Source: Proteromonas lacertae (Eukaryota). From it: 64,000 bases of DNA. This document shows positions 39,430 through 52,227 of the stretch, in pieces (position 1 is the first letter of the stretch; every line of letters begins with the position of its first letter). The notes under the pieces are model-generated. The model was not told the origin of the DNA, ran no database searches, and was given only the letters and a program-made list of their open reading frames with translations. The stretch spans positions 62,001 through 126,000 of the forward strand of contig NGBS01000305.1 in assembly GCA_002245135.1 (NCBI GenBank), read 5' to 3'. Position numbers and translations under genes: made by a program.

Positions 39430-41686
39430 GTTTTCTGAAGTATTACACCTTGATCAAGTACTTGAGGACGATCACAAACCTCTTTATTATCAAGCACTTG
39501 ATAAGTTGTTTAAAGAAAAAGTCTCTTCCAGCGGCGATAAAAAGAGAAAAGAACACAGAAGAAGTCATTCTGTAGGTATCGAAAAGAGAAAGAAAGGAAA
39601 CAAAAGAAGCCGTTCTACTAGTAGTAATGAAGTAGAAGAAGATAATTATCGTTGTAGAAGCTTTACCAAAAAGAAATACGATGATTATGTAAAAGATATA
39701 AACTTCTATTCCAACAAAGGTTATTCTTACGATGAAAAGACAAAGCAGTTATTGTTTAAAGGAAAGAAGGTTATTAAAATTGAAGAATCGTTTGATGTAT
39801 TAAAAGAATTACACGAAGGTAATGGTCACATTACAATTGAACCTTTGTATTACTTGGTAAATGAAAAGAAGTACTATGGTATTACTAGAGAAATGGTAGA
39901 TGTATTCGTAAAAACATGTTCTGGATGTAAAGAATTGAAGAAAGTTCATGTTGAACAACCTTTAAAACCGATACTATCAAGCTATCCACGCGAAAGAGTG
40001 TTATGTGATCTAATTAATATGAGTAAAATCAATGAGAAATTTACAGTTACTGAAGAAGAACAGTTTAATTACATTCTTACAGTGATTGATCATTACAGTA
40101 ATTTTACAATTATATATCCATTAAAGAGAAAAACAAAAGAAGAAACAGTGAAGAATATGCGAAATTATATCAGAATATTTGGTGCTCCTCAGATTCTTCA
40201 AATGGATAATGGTACTGAATTCAAGAATGATTTGATGAGAAGTTTATGCAATGAATATGGAATTGAAGAAGTTCATAGTGCACCATATAGGCCTCAAACG
40301 AATGGAAAGGTAGAAAGGTACAATCGAGTTGTGAAAAACACTTTAAAAGGATTCATGATATCGAATAAAGGCATTTATTGGACTGAATTTGTTGATAAAG
40401 TTATTGAAACAATAAACAATCACAAGTGCAGAAGAACACATTCTAAGCCTAGATCTTTATTCTATATGGATATTGAACAATTAAAGAAGGAAAACCCAAA
40501 GTTATTTATAAAAGAAAATGGCGAAGAAGATGGTGATAATGGTGGTAATAATGGTACAGTTGATGGTGATGATGATGGTAATGTTTGCCATGATGAATTA
40601 TGTGATTGTTCTAAAGAAGATGATAAAGAATACTTTAATGATGATGAATACGATGAAGTTGAAGTAATAGAAATAGCAAAAGAAAAATATGATGAGAAGA
40701 AAAACATAGAAAACATCAGAAAAGATATTTTGAAAAATGAACATAAACTCCAACAAGTAAAAGATTACATTAATAAAAGAAGAGATGAATACAATGATAA
40801 AATGCATGATGAATCAGAAAAGAAGCTGAAGAAAACTATTATCAATCCTAAACATGGTGATATAATTGTCTATACCGACAAGAAGAAGAATTACGCAGAT
40901 AACAACAAGAAAGGAATAATTAAAGAAGATAAAAAAACTAAAGATTTATATGGATTGTATACTATTAATATTTAAATTAATATAATTATATAGGATTGAT
41001 GACCAAGCAATTAAACTTACTACATCTTCAGCATTTACAATAATACCTGTTACAAAAGAAGTAAATGAAAAAATGAAAAGAAAAGCTGATGAATTATATG
41101 TATTATAAAGTTTATTATTATTATATAATAGATGAATCCTCAATCAAAGAAAAGACTATTAGATCCTGATTATAAGAAACAATTACATGAAATAGTTCAT
41201 AGGCCAAAGTTAAATGCAGTCTATGGAACTATAGCTATAGGAGCAATTGATATTAAATTAGATTCATCATCACCATTAGAAGAAAGTCGATTAGAATATG
41301 TTAAATCTGTTAGAAATAAAATTGGAACAATGCAGTTGGATATTATAGATGTAAGATTTATATTGGATTTATATACTTATGGAAGTCAATTTGATCTATT
41401 ATTAGAGAATGATGAATGTTTAGGTACTTATATAACAACTAAAAATAGGGATATTTATATAATTAAGTCGGATAGTAGGTATTATACAACGTATCAGACA
41501 TTAGTAAAAGGTATAAAGTATATTCATGTCATTGACTCATCTAGCAAAGGTAATTATAAAACAGATTTAGAGAAACTCAGAATTAAAGTTGGTAAAGATA
41601 AAGATCAATTCAGATTATTAGTTGATAAGGTGGAAACAAATCATCCAGAAGCTACACATACTATAATACATCTATCTATATATTAA
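39430..41686 (+). CDS. DDE integrase/transposase (H2C2 zinc finger + rve core + C-terminal extension), at least 3 exons
   Basis: HEGNGH..CSGC zinc finger; CDLIN, QMDNGTEF and PQTNGKVERYN catalytic triad. GT-AG introns ~40957-40993 and ~41100-41131 join ORF 41132-41686 in frame. First exon not identified. Confidence 0.9.
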
Positions 41687-44600
41687 TATCAAAAATTACT
41701 CAAAATTTGACTGAATCTAGTTTCAGATTCAGTCAAATTTTAAGTAATTTTTGATATTAATATATATTTATATACAATTAATAGTATCTAACATATACAG
41801 AGAGTATCAAGTTAATACTGTGTGTCTGTACTCAACAGGGAGAAAAGAGTAAATTTCATCCCATTGAGTACAGACAAACAGTATTAAGCTTATAATATGT
41901 GTATGTAATACACATACTATAATACATCTATCTATATATTAATATCAAAAATTACTCAAAATTTGACTGAATCTAGTTTCAGATTCAGTCAAATTTTAAG
42001 TAATTTTTGATATTAATATATATTTATATACAATTAATAGTATCTAACATATACAGAGAGTATCAAGTTAATACTGTGTGTCTGTACTCAACAGGGAGAA
42101 AAGAGTAAATTTCATCCCATTGAGTACAGACAAACAGTATTAAGCTTATAATATGTGTATGTAATACACATACTATAATACATCTATCTATATATTAATA
42201 TCAAAAATTACTCAAAATTTGACTGAATCTAGTTTCAGATTCAGTCAAATTTTAAGTAATTTTTGATATTAATATATATTTATATACAATTAATAGTATC
42301 TAACATATACAGAGAGTATCAAGTTAATACTGTGTGTCTGTACTCAACAGGGAGAAAAGAGTAAATTTCATCCCATTGAGTACAGACAAACAGTATTAAG
42401 CTTATAATATGTGTATGTAATACACATACTATAATACATCTATCTATATATTAATATCAAAAATTACTCAAAATTTGACTGAATCTAGTTTCAGATTCAG
42501 TCAAATTTTAAGTAATTTTTGATATTAATATATATTTATATACAATTAATAGTATCTAACATATACAGAGAGTATCAAGTTAATACTGTGTGTCTGTACT
42601 CAACAGGGAGAAAAGAGTAAATTTCATCCCATTGAGTACAGACAAACAGTATTAAGCTTATAATATGTGTATGTAATACACATACTATAATACATCTATC
42701 TATATATTAATATCAAAAATTACTCAAAATTTGACTGAATCTAGTTTCAGATTCAGTCAAATTTTAAGTAATTTTTGATATTAATATATATTTATATACA
42801 ATTAATAGTATCTAACATATACAGAGAGTATCAAGTTAATACTGTGTGTCTGTACTCAACAGGGAGAAAAGAGTAAATTTCATCCCATTGAGTACAGACA
42901 AACAGTATTAAGCTTATAATATGTGTATGTAATACACATACTATAATACATCTATCTATATATTAATATCAAAAATTACTCAAAATTTGACTGAATCTAG
43001 TTTCAGATTCAGTCAAATTTTAAGTAATTTTTGATATTAATATATATTTATATACAATTAATAGTATCTAACATATACAGAGAGTATCAAGTTAATACTG
43101 TGTGTCTGTACTCAACAGGGAGAAAAGAGTAAATTTCATCCCATTGAGTACAGACAAACAGTATTAAGCTTATAATATGTGTATGTAATACACATACTAT
43201 AATACATCTATCTATATATTAATATCAAAAATTACTCAAAATTTGACTGAATCTAGTTTCAGATTCAGTCAAATTTTAAGTAATTTTTGATATTAATATA
43301 TATTTATATACAATTAATAGTATCTAACATATACAGAGAGTATCAAGTTAATACTGTGTGTCTGTACTCAACAGGGAGAAAAGAGTAAATTTCATCCCAT
43401 TGAGTACAGACAAACAGTATTAAGCTTATAATATGTGTATGTAATACACATACTATAATACATCTATCTATATATTAATATCAAAAATTACTCAAAATTT
43501 GACTGAATCTAGTTTCAGATTCAGTCAAATTTTAAGTAATTTTTGATATTAATATATATTTATATACAATTAATAGTATCTAACATATACAGAGAGTATC
43601 AAGTTAATACTGTGTGTCTGTACTCAACAGGGAGAAAAGAGTAAATTTCATCCCATTGAGTACAGACAAACAGTATTAAGCTTATAATATGTGTATGTAA
43701 TACACATACTATAATACATCTATCTATATATTAATATCAAAAATTACTCAAAATTTGACTGAATCTAGTTTCAGATTCAGTCAAATTTTAAGTAATTTTT
43801 GATATTAATATATATTTATATACAATTAATAGTATCTAACATATACAGAGAGTATCAAGTTAATACTGTGTGTCTGTACTCAACAGGGAGAAAAGAGTAA
43901 ATTTCATCCCATTGAGTACAGACAAACAGTATTAAGCTTATAATATGTGTATGTAATACACATACTATAATACATCTATCTATATATTAATATCAAAAAT
44001 TACTCAAAATTTGACTGAATCTAGTTTCAGATTCAGTCAAATTTTAAGTAATTTTTGATATTAATATATATTTATATACAATTAATAGTATCTAACATAT
44101 ACAGAGAGTATCAAGTTAATACTGTGTGTCTGTACTCAACAGGGAGAAAAGAGTAAATTTCATCCCATTGAGTACAGACAAACAGTATTAAGCTTATAAT
44201 ATGTGTATGTAATACACATACTATAATACATCTATCTATATATTAATATCAAAAATTACTCAAAATTTGACTGAATCTAGTTTCAGATTCAGTCAAATTT
44301 TAAGTAATTTTTGATATTAATATATATTTATATACAATTAATAGTATCTAACATATACAGAGAGTATCAAGTTAATACTGTGTGTCTGTACTCAACAGGG
44401 AGAAAAGAGTAAATTTCATCCCATTGAGTACAGACAAACAGTATTAAGCTTATAATATGTGTATGTAATACACATACTATAATACATCTATCTATATATT
44501 AATATCAAAAATTACTCAAAATTTGACTGAATCTAGTTTCAGATTCAGTCAAATTTTAAGTAATTTTTGATATTAATATATATTTATATACAATTAATAG

Positions 44601-47330
44601 TATCTAACATATACAGAGAGTATCAAGTTAATACTGTGTGTCTGTACTCAACAGGGAGAAAAGAGTAAATTTCATCCCATTGAGTACAGACAAACAGTAT
44701 TAAGCTTATAATATGTGTATGTAATACACATACTATAATACATCTATCTATATATTAATATCAAAAATTACTCAAAATTTGACTGAATCTAGTTTCAGAT
44801 TCAGTCAAATTTTAAGTAATTTTTGATATTAATATATATTTATATACAATTAATAGTATCTAACATATACAGAGAGTATCAAGTTAATACTGTGTGTCTG
44901 TACTCAACAGGGAGAAAAGAGTAAATTTCATCCCATTGAGTACAGACAAACAGTATTAAGCTTATAATATGTGTATGTAATACACATACTATAATACATC
45001 TATCTATATATTAATATCAAAAATTACTCAAAATTTGACTGAATCTAGTTTCAGATTCAGTCAAATTTTAAGTAATTTTTGATATTAATATATATTTATA
45101 TACAATTAATAGTATCTAACATATACAGAGAGTATCAAGTTAATACTGTGTGTCTGTACTCAACAGGGAGAAAAGAGTAAATTTCATCCCATTGAGTACA
45201 GACAAACAGTATTAAGCTTATAATATGTGTATGTAATACACATACTATAATACATCTATCTATATATTAATATCAAAAATTACTCAAAATTTGACTGAAT
45301 CTAGTTTCAGATTCAGTCAAATTTTAAGTAATTTTTGATATTAATATATATTTATATACAATTAATAGTATCTAACATATACAGAGAGTATCAAGTTAAT
45401 ACTGTGTGTCTGTACTCAACAGGGAGAAAAGAGTAAATTTCATCCCATTGAGTACAGACAAACAGTATTAAGCTTATAATATGTGTATGTAATACACATA
45501 CTATAATACATCTATCTATATATTAATATCAAAAATTACTCAAAATTTGACTGAATCTAGTTTCAGATTCAGTCAAATTTTAAGTAATTTTTGATATTAA
45601 TATATATTTATATACAATTAATAGTATCTAACATATACAGAGAGTATCAAGTTAATACTGTGTGTCTGTACTCAACAGGGAGAAAAGAGTAAATTTCATC
45701 CCATTGAGTACAGACAAACAGTATTAAGCTTATAATATGTGTATGTAATACACATACTATAATACATCTATCTATATATTAATATCAAAAATTACTCAAA
45801 ATTTGACTGAATCTAGTTTCAGATTCAGTCAAATTTTAAGTAATTTTTGATATTAATATATATTTATATACAATTAATAGTATCTAACATATACAGAGAG
45901 TATCAAGTTAATACTGTGTGTCTGTACTCAACAGGGAGAAAAGAGTAAATTTCATCCCATTGAGTACAGACAAACAGTATTAAGCTTATAATATGTGTAT
46001 GTAATACACATACTATAATACATCTATCTATATATTAATATCAAAAATTACTCAAAATTTGACTGAATCTAGTTTCAGATTCAGTCAAATTTTAAGTAAT
46101 TTTTGATATTAATATATATTTATATACAATTAATAGTATCTAACATATACAGAGAGTATCAAGTTAATACTGTGTGTCTGTACTCAACAGGGAGAAAAGA
46201 GTAAATTTCATCCCATTGAGTACAGACAAACAGTATTAAGCTTATAATATGTGTATGTAATACACATACTATAATACATCTATCTATATATTAATATCAA
46301 AAATTACTCAAAATTTGACTGAATCTAGTTTCAGATTCAGTCAAATTTTAAGTAATTTTTGATATTAATATATATTTATATACAATTAATAGTATCTAAC
46401 ATATACAGAGAGTATCAAGTTAATACTGTGTGTCTGTACTCAACAGGGAGAAAAGAGTAAATTTCATCCCATTGAGTACAGACAAACAGTATTAAGCTTA
46501 TAATATGTGTATGTAATACACATACTATAATACATCTATCTATATATTAATATCAAAAATTACTCAAAATTTGACTGAATCTAGTTTCAGATTCAGTCAA
46601 ATTTTAAGTAATTTTTGATATTAATATATATTTATATACAATTAATAGTATCTAACATATACAGAGAGTATCAAGTTAATACTGTGTGTCTGTACTCAAC
46701 AGGGAGAAAAGAGTAAATTTCATCCCATTGAGTACAGACAAACAGTATTAAGCTTATAATATGTGTATGTAATACACATACTATAATACATCTATCTATA
46801 TATTAATATCAAAAATTACTCAAAATTTGACTGAATCTAGTTTCAGATTCAGTCAAATTTTAAGTAATTTTTGATATTAATATATATTTATATACAATTA
46901 ATAGTATCTAACATATACAGAGAGTATCAAGTTAATACTGTGTGTCTGTACTCAACAGGGAGAAAAGAGTAAATTTCATCCCATTGAGTACAGACAAACA
47001 GTATTAAGCTTATAATATGTGTATGTAATACACATACTATAATACATCTATCTATATATTAATATCAAAAATTACTCAAAATTTGACTGAATCTAGTTTC
47101 AGATTCAGTCAAATTTTAAGTAATTTTTGATATTAATATATATTTATATACAATTAATAGTATCTAACATATACAGAGAGTATCAAGTTAATACTGTGTG
47201 TCTGTACTCAACAGGGAGAAAAGAGTAAATTTCATCCCATTGAGTACAGACAAACAGTATTAAGCTTATAATATGTGTATGTAATACACATACTATAATA
47301 CATCTATCTATATATTAATATCAAAAATTA
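41653..47330. repeat. Tandem array: 22 apparently identical 256-bp units plus a 46-bp partial unit
   Basis: TACACATACTATAATACATC recurs at 41653, 41909 ... 47285 (5632 = 22 x 256); no variants seen by eye. Confidence 0.97.
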
Positions 47331-48349
47331 ATTAAAATTTATAGCAATACCAAAGTTAATTACAAAAGAAAAAGTAGTTATTGTATAATATAGTTTATTA
47401 TTTTTAATTACGAAAAAATTTAAAAAGATGTACAAAAATATAAACAATTACATATGAAATTAACGAAAAAAAAAAAAATAAGGGGGTAAAAAAATTCAGG
47501 ATTTACAACACATTTTTTTGTTTATCTCATCATCCAATTGAAATTTTTTGAAAAAAATTTATATTATTAATAAGCATAATATGTACATATATAATATGAA
47601 ATAAAAGTGAACTAGTTGGTGTAATAGTTGATATCGCGACATGTTGTATATGTTATATGACCACCTATATATCCCTTCATAACTCATTATGAGTAATAGC
47701 ATTATGTAATTAGTTTGTTTCTAAAGTTTCTAATCGCTCAACGGGGAGTTGTACTCAACGGTGAACAACACTCATAGAATCCTTATTAATAATAAAGAAA
47801 TGTATAGTTTAAGATTGAAAAAATCAATTAATGCAGCCATAAGTGGTCTATGTTTAGAATATATTGAAGAGTTGCTTAAAAGATTTAGTAATACAGATAA
47901 ATATAATTATTTATGTATAGAAAAATTTCCTTCTGAGGTATAAGAATTAAAGATAGCATCATTGTTGAATCCATTAAATAATAAGTTGATCTTACTATTA
48001 TCATAAAACTAAGCGTTTCTGAACTTATCTTTGTATTTCGTTAACTTTCAATTCACACATTATGACATTATTTCTAAAATTTGAGCACCTCATGGTCCAG
48101 ACTATAGAGCATAATAACTGCATCTTGGATCTCCAATTTTTATTTATATATTATGCTTATTGAATGAGAGTGCTCAAAAAATAAAAAGAATCGACACAAA
48201 CATAAGTTTGATCATTTTTTCAATTTTTATTTTTTGATCACCTGCCTCTATATCGTAATCTAGCTATTTCCTTAATTATTTATAATTGATTTATAGCATA
48301 ATAAAATAATACACATATGTAACACATAATATTTTTATATACGTATTTA

Positions 48350-51300
48350 TACTTTTATCAAAACACTAATAGAACGAGTAAAATCTTCAATTATTATATA
48401 ATATTGGTCTTCTTTAGAATTATAATCATTTATTCTTCCAATTCTCTCTTCTACCTTTCCACCAAATTTTATATTCACCTCTACTTCTTCTCCTTCTTTA
48501 TATATAGGTTTTGATATTGTTTTTTCTTCTTCTCTTTTTTCTTTCTCTCTTTTCTTCTTCTCTTTTTTCTTCCTCTAGTTTCTTTTGTTTTTCTTTTTTT
48601 ATTTTCTCTTCTTCTTCCATTTTCTTTCTTCTTTCTTCTTCCTGTTGTTTTTTCTCTTCTTTTATTCTTTCTTCGTCTTCTATTCTCTGTTTTTCTTCCT
48701 TCTTCTTTATCATTTCCAAATGCTTTGGTTTTGTCAATATTTTATCTTCATTCATTGTTTTTATTATTTCATTATTTCTTTCATCTTTATATCTTATTTC
48801 ATATTCTCTTCCTCTATCTTTGTATCTATCAATTGATAATACTTCACATTCTACATCAATTCCTAATTTTTCATCAACATAAAATCTATTCCAAGGTGGT
48901 ATAAAGTCTTTATGTTTTACATCATTATTTTCATTCACTCCTTTTTCATATTTCATTTCATTTTTATTATCTTCTTCTTTTTTCTCTTCTTCTTTTGTTC
49001 TTTCCTTTCTCTTCTCTGTTAATTTTCTCACATTTTCTGGTTTTATTCCATATCTAATCACACTACCAACCTTTAAACTAAATTCATTCTTTTCATTATC
49101 ATAATCATTTACAGTTGTTGTAATCCATTGTTCTTTACCTTTAAACATTAAAAACGATTCAACTTCTTCACCAATATATTATCTTCATCTTTCTTTTCTT
49201 CTTCTCCTATTCTTTTAATTTCACTTTCATTTACATCTCTTATATATTCATATTTATCTACATTGTCAATACATAATATGTATTTCATTTCATCTGTTAT
49301 TGAATGAATAAATCCATTTTGATTATGATAAATAATTCTTTCATTTATTTCATATTTATGATATTGTCTTGTTTTAGGAGTTAATTCATCTTCTTTCACT
49401 TTATAAAGTAGTGGATTATGATTAAAATCTTCTTCTAAATCATAACAATTTTCATTATAATGAACAAATATTACTTTATATTCTTTCCTATCTTTCATTA
49501 CAATATCTCCAATATTATATTTGTTTTTTGTTTTAAATGAATCCCTTCTTATTCTTTCTATTGATATATTTTCTTTGTAATTACCATTATCATACAATAT
49601 TGAATATTTACTATTATCATCTTCTACTCTTATTATTATTCCCTTTTCTCCTTCTATATTCATAATTCTATCACCAACTGTGAATAGTGTGTTTAAATCA
49701 TTATATGGATGAATATTATCTTCATTCACATATTTATATTCATGACTTTTATATATTATTCCATACTGTAATTCATATTTTGATTCATCTGTTAATTTAT
49801 ATCTTATTTCGTTTATTCTACCTTTGTAATTATGCATTCCATAATTTGCACTAACAACCATTTTTAATCTATAATTATTGTCTTCATATAAATATATCTG
49901 ATTATGATATATATTTTCAATTAATTCTTTATTATTTGAAATTGAATAAGTTCCATTTTCGTTTATTGAAGTTATTCTACCTTTTGTGATTAACTTTTCA
50001 TTTTTGATGTATAGTACTTTATCATTCTTTTTAAATTTTGATAAACTAATCATATAATCAGGAATATCATGAAGTAAGTATTTATTCAGTAATAACAAAT
50101 CATAATCATTTGTATTTCTATTGTAAGATAATATAATTCCTGGTAAAACACAACTTTCATCAAAAAACACATTCACTTTAGTTAATATATTATATTTCTC
50201 ATTGAAATAAGGATGAATATCTGAATAATTGACTAATTTGACAGATGAATTATCTGATTTGACAAATACTTTATTATTATTAATTTTTTCTATCACACCT
50301 TTGTTCATTTTGTTCCTTTCATTTTTAACTTCATCAACAAATAACACTTTATCACCTACTAAATACTGATTTTCAGATATTACATCTTTTATATCCGTCC
50401 TTTTTTCATTTTCAATATCTATTATTGGAAGATTATATTCTTCATTATATCCAATTATCTTTCCTTTTTCTTTTTTATCACTATATACTACATAACAAGG
50501 ATAGGAAATTTTATCTTTTGTTTCTATCACTTCAACTACATCCATTACTTTATATTTTCCTTTGAATGAAGGAATGTATTTACTCTCTTTTAAATCAGAA
50601 AAAACAATGTTATTTATGATATATTGATTATTATAATATGCACTAATACCATCAGTCATTTTAATTCCAATTTTCATTACTTGAACTACAACATTATTTG
50701 ACTGTTTTAATTCATAATAATCACCTATTTTGACTGTTTTACCTTCAATTTTATTATTTGTTTCAACTTTTTGATTTGCTTTATCTTTTGAAGGTTTTAT
50801 TAGTTTTTCTTTCACATTAAAATCATATTCACCATTTTCATAAGTAATATTATAACTTCCATCTTCATTTATTCCATTGATTATTCCTTTTCTTTTAATG
50901 TTTCCATGATTTAATAACTGTTTTTCTTCTATTCCTTCATGAATGGTGTTGGTTTTAAAAGAATATATTTCATATCTATTAGATAAACTAATACAACAAT
51001 ACAGTTTCTTTTTTTCATCTAGATTTAAAACCACTCCATAACTATCTCTGCTCTTATCATATACTATACTACCTTTCTTCCATCCTACTGCTTTTATTGT
51101 AGTTTCTAATAAGTTGTTTGTTTTAATTGTGTTGAATAAAGGATTATTCTTTAAATCAACACAAATATTCTATTACAATAATAATCACATAAGAATACTT
51201 CAACTTCATTCTTCATCTTTTCATAATCAGCATAATGTAATGATTGTTTTGTTATTTCTTTTTTATATTCTTCTAATTTTAATTTAGTATTATTATCTAA

Positions 51301-51910
51301 TAATTCTTTATATGCATTAAACAAACCTTCAACTATTTTTAATAATTCTGTTGATTTAAATTTTGTATATTCTAAATCCAATTCTTCTAATCCTTTCACC
51401 AATTCTTCTATATTTCTATTCTCTTTTATCAATTTTTCATATTTACTTAAATCTATTGATCTATTAGTTTGTTTAAATTTTAATCTATTTATTCATATTA
51501 TTGTATTTATTGAATATATACATAAATTCATTAATCTTGGATTTAATATCATCAATATTTCTTTGTTTTTTTAAATCATTATCAGTTTGAAGTGAAAGAA
51601 TTTCGACTTTATTTTCATTCACAATTTTTATTATTTCTCCTTCGCTTTCATCTCTATACTTTATCTGGTACTCTTTTGTTCCTAATTCTTTATCATCATA
51701 ATATCCAGCTTTATTGACATAATAATCATCATGTTCTATTATTCTTCTATTCAATCTTCTAATTTTACCAATCTCTACCTTGTGTACTAACAAATAGCCA
51801 TATTCATTTCTTTCACTGTCATAATCACTAATTACTGTTTTTATCCATTTTTCTTTACCTTCAGAAGAAATTAACACCTCTGCTTCTTCTCCTACCAAAA
51901 TATCATTCAT
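48350..51910 (-). pseudogene. Tudor/KOW/SH3-like repeat protein, frameshifted
   Basis: Repeated F/YxVGDxV...GxI...Y.I.Y units; ORFs 51485, 51151, 49148 and 48498 link only through frameshifts or introns. Confidence 0.55.
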
Positions 51911-52227
51911 TTCTGTTTTATATATCTATTTTTATGGAAATTAATGTTTTCTATCAAATCTTATAGTATTTGAACTGTTCAGTGATATTTATACTGGTGT
52001 GTTTGACTTTATAAAAAAAAATTCTATTCAAGCTTATCTCAAGCTGTATTTTTCTCATTTTACACCTTTTCTTTATTTTCGTTTTTACTACTTTTGTTTA
52101 TAAATAACTACTTTTGTTAAATCATTTCAATTGTTTTTACTAACATTTGTTTAATTATTGTCCAAAGTTAAATAAAATATAGGGGTTTCAAAACTGTTTT
52201 ATTTTATTTTTTTAAAAATTCTGACTA

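Larger units (their letters stand above)
36963..47770 (+). mobile_element. 10.8-kb Ginger/TDD-like DNA transposon (family A) encoding an rve integrase
   Basis: 103-bp TIRs (36963-37065, 47668-47770; 1 mismatch) with TGT...ACA ends; integrase inside; no RT, gag or LTR seen. TSD degenerate (ATACT left, CTCAT right). Confidence 0.9.

Noticed and set aside
39430..41686. LTR retrotransposon pol gene
   Set aside because: No RT, RNase H or gag; the gene has introns and is bounded by inverted, not direct, repeats.
41653..47330. CRISPR array
   Set aside because: Units appear fully identical with no variable spacers, the period is 256 bp, there are no cas genes and the context is eukaryotic.
41653..47330. 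Hidden concatemeric ORF, or 5S/SL RNA/tRNA gene array
   Set aside because: The ORF track shows no long ORF across units, and I recognise no 5S, tRNA or Sm-site features.
47630..47642. TCGCGACA resembling a family-B MITE tip inside the family-A right end
   Set aside because: Only 7-8 bp with no adjacent homology or partner end.
47749..47943. 64-aa ORF as a gene
   Set aside because: It starts at a TTG inside the right TIR and runs into a degenerate flanking fragment whose identity I cannot support.
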